This document shows, one piece after another, positions 58,371 to 64,000 of a stretch of 64,000 nt of DNA. The translations under genes and the position numbers were made by a program. How positions within the stretch are numbered: the first letter of the stretch is position 1; every line of letters starts with the position of its first letter. Under the pieces are notes generated by a model. It worked only from the letters and a program-made list of their open reading frames with translations, had not been told where the DNA came from and ran no database searches. This DNA comes from the human T2T-CHM13v2.0 reference genome, Homo sapiens: the NCBI RefSeq assembly GCF_009914755.1, contig NC_060939.1, one strand, 5' to 3'.

Positions 58371-60199
58371 TCTATCTGAATGACAATGGATGTGTATACT
58401 TAGAGACAAGTATGAAAGTTTCATGTAAGAATAGCAAATAAGAGCAGTGACAAATAAGTGAACTAGATGAAATAAACTGACAAAAGTAACAATATATTTT
58501 CACATTGTCACCTTTGATTTTATGATGATTTTGAGAGAGCTCAGGAGCAGGATTCTATTTTACAGTAAGCAAGAATAAGGTTCACTAAAAATATATGACT
58601 TTCTCAAAATTACCGAAAAGATTATTCCATAAAACAAAGTGAATACTATCTTTTGACTTCCAGACAAGGTCTATGCACAACTCATAATTGTAGGTCTACA
58701 TATGGTAGGTGATTCTTACTACAACCATTGTTTATGACAGTATAATAATAAGCTAATATAATTGTGCATAAATGCGTGAGAGAATGATTTAGATTATCAT
58801 TGACAGAACACTGGCTAATTTTATCGATGTCTACATTGGCCTGGAGCGAATAGGTATTTGGTCTGCTTTGTTTTTAGATCCCCATTTAAACTTTGAAAAG
58901 GGGGCATAAAGCTTTCTCTGGTTAATTATGAAAGTCTTCTATGACAGTTTACTTACAAAGAATAGTTAAGACGTGAATTTAATAATGAGGTGCAGAAAAT
59001 ATGGTAAAGCATCTGGATCTCTGCCTCCTTGAATCTAGATAATGATTTGGAAAACTGAGATTTTAAAAAAATTATGCCATCAAATATCATTAAACACCTA
59101 GAGGCATGTGTTATTGAACCAGGTCTTATATCCACTACACTGGACCATATGTTTTCACATAAATACCTGCTTAGCTACATTACGATAATATTTGCACACA
59201 TTTTAATCACATCCAAATTACATAAAAACACAATAAGATGCACCGGGTGAAGTAAAGCAGCGACGATTACAAATGTTTGCATGTTAATGGCCTCTTGTGT
59301 TTGACATAATATTCAATTTAAGGTTGGAAGTAGATGGGAATGGGGACATTTCATTTCAAGCGATTTTTTTTTCTCCTTTTTTTGTAAACATGACAGAGTC
59401 CTTTAGCTAAATTTGAAGGAGGGCTTTTCCAAATACAGGAAGCAGCCTGAGACATGTTTCACCATTGGTTGCAGAAAAAATTGGATGATGTCAATGATGA
59501 GAGGGTTATCAAAGATGCAGAAGAGGAAACGGGTTATTGCTATAGGATCACAACCCTCAAAACTGAAGGTGAACTTTTTAGAATGCTTTACAGTGGAAGG
59601 GCGCTGATGCAGGCCTGGCAGCCATCTTTGTGAAGGTAAAGCAGAGAAACAGACAAGGAAGCAGGGTAAGGAGTGTCTTACCCTTCATTCAAGAATTTTA
59701 CTTAAAATCTCCCCATGTCAGTAAGGCACTGCACATTTGCTCTCACCTGTGTCTGCCATCCCCATGTTCAGAGCCTTTTAACCCCTTGTCAAACCTTTCC
59801 AGAGAGTAATACTCCCATGCCTGCTTGCACCGAGCTGGGAAGTAAAGTGTGGTATCTGGTAGCTACTTAAAAGATCTTCAATCAACCCTGTTTTTAGCTC
59901 CATTTCACACTCCTCCCATCTAAGGAAGCTGGTTCTCCACTTTCTGAGCCTTCTTGGGGTTTAGCAGTAAATAGAACTATATCTTTCTGGCAACCTGAAT
60001 ATAGGGTTACATTTCCCCTTCTCTGGCCTACTGAGTCAGTTACTACCATACCAGATTATAAAATTTTGTCGATGTGGGTTTTCTGCCTGTTGTTTCCTTT
60101 TCTACACTCTTTGTCCTTGTAGTTTATGCCAAAAAAAATTCCATTACATACATTTTATTGGTGTTTTGGGAGGATGGGGAGATAAATGTATTTAAGTGG

Positions 60200-61430
60200 A
60201 AGTTCTCCCCACTCTCTCTTTAATCCTCTCCAATCAGACCTTCATCCCTACAAATCCACTGAAATACCTTTGTCAAGGTTACGTACGTCTTACTTGCCAT
60301 TTCAGGGCATTTGATGCTGTTGGTTATCTCTTTCTTGAAATACTTTCTTTCTTTGACTTCTTAGACACACACACTGTACAGGTGTTCATCTGATTAGTTG
60401 CGTCTTCTTGGTCTCCTTCACCGTGTCCTTCTTCTCAAGAAAGTCTGGGTACTTATGGGCTCAATTCTAGAACATCTTCTCTTCCAATTCTAAACATATT
60501 TCCTGGTTGAAAAAATCCAGTCCTCTAATGCCGAGTGCCATCTCTGCTGATGATTGCCATATTTATTCGTCTAGTTCTGACATCTATCCTGAGCTCCTGA
60601 TTGTTTTATCTAACTGCGTACTTAACATGATTCTCCAGATGTCTAATAAACATTCAGAAAAGAACTCTTGAACCCCCATACTTCAACCTACAATCTTCCT
60701 TATCTCAGTACATAGCATCGACACTCACTCAACATTTACACATTCATCTCATCAGCAGTCTCCTTTCTCCCTGCCTTCAATATATAACCCAGATGCAATC
60801 ACATTTCCACCATGGAACCAGCCACTGTCATGCACTCCTGCAAATATTGTCATCTTTTCTTCTTATTTCTCCCTTTTTTTCTCTACCGTTAGTTCTCAAC
60901 AGACAGAGATGGTTTAAAAACTTATATTAGTCTCTGTATCCATTCATACTTAAATCACCCCAGTAGTGCTGAATCTCTCTGATCTGCTCTCTCTTGGCTT
61001 CTCAGTTCATCCCCATCCCTCAACCTCACTTACTGCACTCTAGTCACACAGGCCATCTTGCTTTCCCTCCATTGAGCCACGCTTGTTCCAATATTGGGAC
61101 TTTTTGTAATCACTGTTTATCTCCGACCAGAAGATACTCTCTGCTGCTTATGAACCACTTACTCCCTCATAACATGTAGACATTTTCTCTCAATTGACAC
61201 TTCTTCAAGGAGCTTTCCTATGATCAAATCTACCTCGTTTACAGTCCTTTCATTTTTCTCCATGCCGCTTATCATCTCCTGATGTTCAACATATTTACTT
61301 GTTTATTTTCTATTTCTATTTCTTGAATGTAAGCTCCATGAAGGGCGAAGAATTTTTCTGTGGTCCTTACCATTCCATCCCCAGTACTTAGAACACATGC
61401 CTGGCAGGGAGTAGACATTTGTTGAATATA
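60200..61430 (+). mobile_element. L2 (ORF2 3' part and 3' end)
   Basis: gcatttgatgctgttggtta; gaatgtaagctccatgaagggc...cccagtacttagaacacatgcctggca...tttgttgaat. Confidence 0.8.
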
Positions 61431-61865
61431 AGGGTGAGAGAAGAAAAAATGGAAGAGAGGAAAGCAGGAGGAAGACCTGTATGCTCCAATCCACTCTCTC
61501 TAACCTTCATCTAGGAGGGGATGTGGATGACTGAAATATAAGTAAAGGTTACATGGGTTGACCGGAGCAATGGTGGGATATGATCTTTATAAACTTGGTG
61601 TACTCTTTCATAAATTGATATAGAAGAGAATTCCACTGATGTGTGGTTTTCATAGCCTGTCTTCAGTTCTTGCTTGACATAGATATATCAGCAGGCCTAG
61701 CATAGTGCCAGCCACTTCAGGGAAATGTGAACCTTAGCCGGAATTAAGGGTGGACTCCCTGGTCAATGGCTTGGGTGAAGGACTTAGCAGGTGCTCACAT
61801 TTATTAACGAAGAGAGCTTCTTGGAGCTTGAGCCAGTTCTCTGCACTATCACTGACTAAGACAAA

Positions 61866-62060
61866 GATCTCACTCATAGGTAGAATCTGAAAAAGTTGAT
61901 CTCATAGAATTAGAGAGTAGGATGGTGGTTACCAATGACTAGGGTGGTTGGGGGGTGGGGGAGTTGAGGAAATGTTGGTAAAAGGATATATAATTACAGT
62001 TAGGGGAAATGAATTCAAGAGCTCTATTCTACATCATGGTGACTATAATGAATAACACAG
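61866..62060 (+). mobile_element. L1MA 3'UTR fragment
   Basis: tctcactcatagg...aaagttgatctcatagaa...agagagtaggatggtggttacca. Confidence 0.8.
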
Positions 62061-62908
62061 TGGCATGATCGTAAAATCTCATGAATTATTCTTCTACTCA
62101 CTAACAATTTTATGATGTTTAGGAAGAAAAAAAGTTTTTTATGATTTTAAAATAAAAGAAATCAAGATCTGATCAGAAATGTTGGGCAAAACGAGGCAGG
62201 ATCCAATTCTGTAGAATAAAGCTGGTGAATAAAATGGACCTTTGTGAATTAGAGAATATTGTCTGTAGCCTCAGGGATGAAAAACAACAGTAGAAAATTG
62301 CAGCACTATGTGTAAATGCATGATGATTCCTTGCTGCACTGAGCTCATGATTCTCAAGATTTCAACTAAGTCTTCTCATTTGAAAGTACAAGAGAAAAGG
62401 AATATTTTCTAGGCCTCTTCCAAGTTTTGGTACAGCCGGTAGGTGGAAATCTTTCTAGTGTTCCTCAAGGTTGCAAACAGCTTCACAGGAAGAGAACATC
62501 GTTAGTGCTAACTAATCAGGACCTACGATGAATGCATTTGGTAACCAAAGTCAAGAAAGGTTTACTCAACTGACTTGAAGAATGGGTCCTCTAGTAGAGA
62601 TACAAAGAAACTGCCACATCTTTTTCTTCTCTTGAGATATAACTCTGGAAAGCACCCCTGTCACCTTTACTTGAAGCCTCTCATTACTTGCACATTTTCT
62701 CCCAATGTTAGTGAGAGAGAGATTTCCATGCACCTTGGTTAGGATGACACTTCTACATAGAATAACAATAATTAGAAATCTGAGCAACAATTTCTTTAGA
62801 GATCAAAGCAATTTCTTTAATTGCTTTATGACCCAGGATGCCAACTGAATGGAGCTAATGCCTCTTCTATCAGGAACCAGGACAATTTCCAGATAATTAT
62901 ATAAAATG

Positions 62909-63430
62909 TGCTATTGTAAATAGTGCTGCAATAAACATACATGTGCATGTGTCTTTATAGTAGAATGATTTATAGTCCTTTGGGTATCCCATCAATGATA
63001 GACTGGATAAAGAAAATGTGATACATTTACACCACAGAATACTATGCAGCCATAAAAAAGGATGAGTTCATGTCCTTTGCAGGGACATGAATGAAGCTGG
63101 AAACCATCATCCTCAGCAAACTAACACAGGAACAGAAAACCAAACACCGCATGTTCTCACTCATAAGTGGGAGTTGAACAATGAGAACACATGGACACAG
63201 GGAGGGAATACCACACACCAGGGCCTGTCAGGAGGTCGGGGGAAAGAGGAGGGAGAGTATTAGGACAAATACCTAATGCATGTGGGGCTTAAAACCTAGA
63301 TGACAGGTTGATGGGTGCAGCAAACCACCATGACACATGTATACCTATGTAACAAACCTGCACGTTCAGCACATGTATCCCAGAACTTAAAGTAACAAAA
63401 GAATAGGCCTTTCAAAAAACAAACAAACAA
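62909..63430 (+). mobile_element. L1PA7/8-like, 5'-truncated, with a twin-priming inversion
   Basis: 62909-62987 is antisense L1, 62988-63400 is the sense 3' end; imperfect TSD a(a/g)aatgtg at about 62903-62910 and 63431-63438. Confidence 0.93.
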
Positions 63431-63814
63431 AGAATGTGATCTACACCTGGTAATTCCAACCAGCATATTAACCCTAACCACAGAGAATATCCAACACGAC
63501 TCCAGAGGGTGGAGACCTGGGTAGAGAGCATGGCTGCCTCCAGGAGTGAATGCCCAGGAAGCTGGGCATTTAAGGAGATCAGAATTAGTGGCTGGAATGG
63601 TGATGGAAAGACTGTATCTATATATTTTTCTTTTTTTTTAGCAAATAATAGGCTCAATAATTTTAAACATTAAATTTTTATTGAGACTAGACAATATGTT
63701 CTCTTCCTTACATAAGCCATTCTCTCAAATATTCTTCTGCAGGAGTACCGTAAATAATGTACAATAAGATTTTTCTCTTTTTCTTTTTAATTTTGTTTTA
63801 ACAAAATACTGCCT

Positions 63815-64000
63815 ATTAGACAATGGGGTGGTATAATAAAAACCATCCTCACTTTGGAGACAGAAGATGAAGGTTCAAGTCCTGGCTATGACATTTACTT
63901 GTAAACCTTGAGAGAGTCACATAATTCCATGAATTTTCATTGCTTAGTAAAATAAAAGAATACTTATTCCCATGTACCTCTAGAGCTTTGTAAGGATAAA
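63815..64000. mobile_element. MIR fragment
   Basis: ctttggagacaga...ggttcaagtcctggct...atttactt...gtcacataa...ttgtaaggat. Confidence 0.7.

Noticed and set aside
62400-62880. Balanced-composition unique block resembling coding or pseudogene sequence
   Set aside because: The frames I translated hit stops early and I recognise no parent gene; a BLAST search would be needed

Overview
AT-rich, repeat-dense primate (human-like) intronic or intergenic DNA. I found no recognisable protein-coding gene, RNA gene, CpG island or CRISPR-like array. All ORFs of 140 aa or more are L1-derived. The shorter ones are L1, Alu or LTR read-through, or chance ORFs. The window holds one near-full-length L1PA4/5 (minus strand, 3.56-9.19 kb), several truncated L1PA copies (two with twin-priming 5' inversions), old L1M relics, about 12 Alu copies, solo LTRs (MER9/HERV-K HML-3, MLT2A, MLT1, LTR16, LTR33 and others), DNA-transposon MITEs, and L2/MIR fragments. 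The most notable signal is in the long L1. Its 5'UTR lacks about 520 nt, removed precisely between the known L1 splice donor (about nt 98) and acceptor (about nt 621). It therefore looks like a spliced integrated retrotransposed element (SpIRE97/622 type) that lost its antisense promoter and ORF0 at integration. Other leads are a chimeric 260-aa ORF2 C-terminal ORF created by an inversion, possible micro 3'-transductions, a frame-preserving 45-nt candidate micro-exon and motif-rich candidate enhancers. I do not see a supportable, previously undescribed biological system. Repeat subfamily calls come from remembered consensus sequences and need RepeatMasker/Dfam confirmation.
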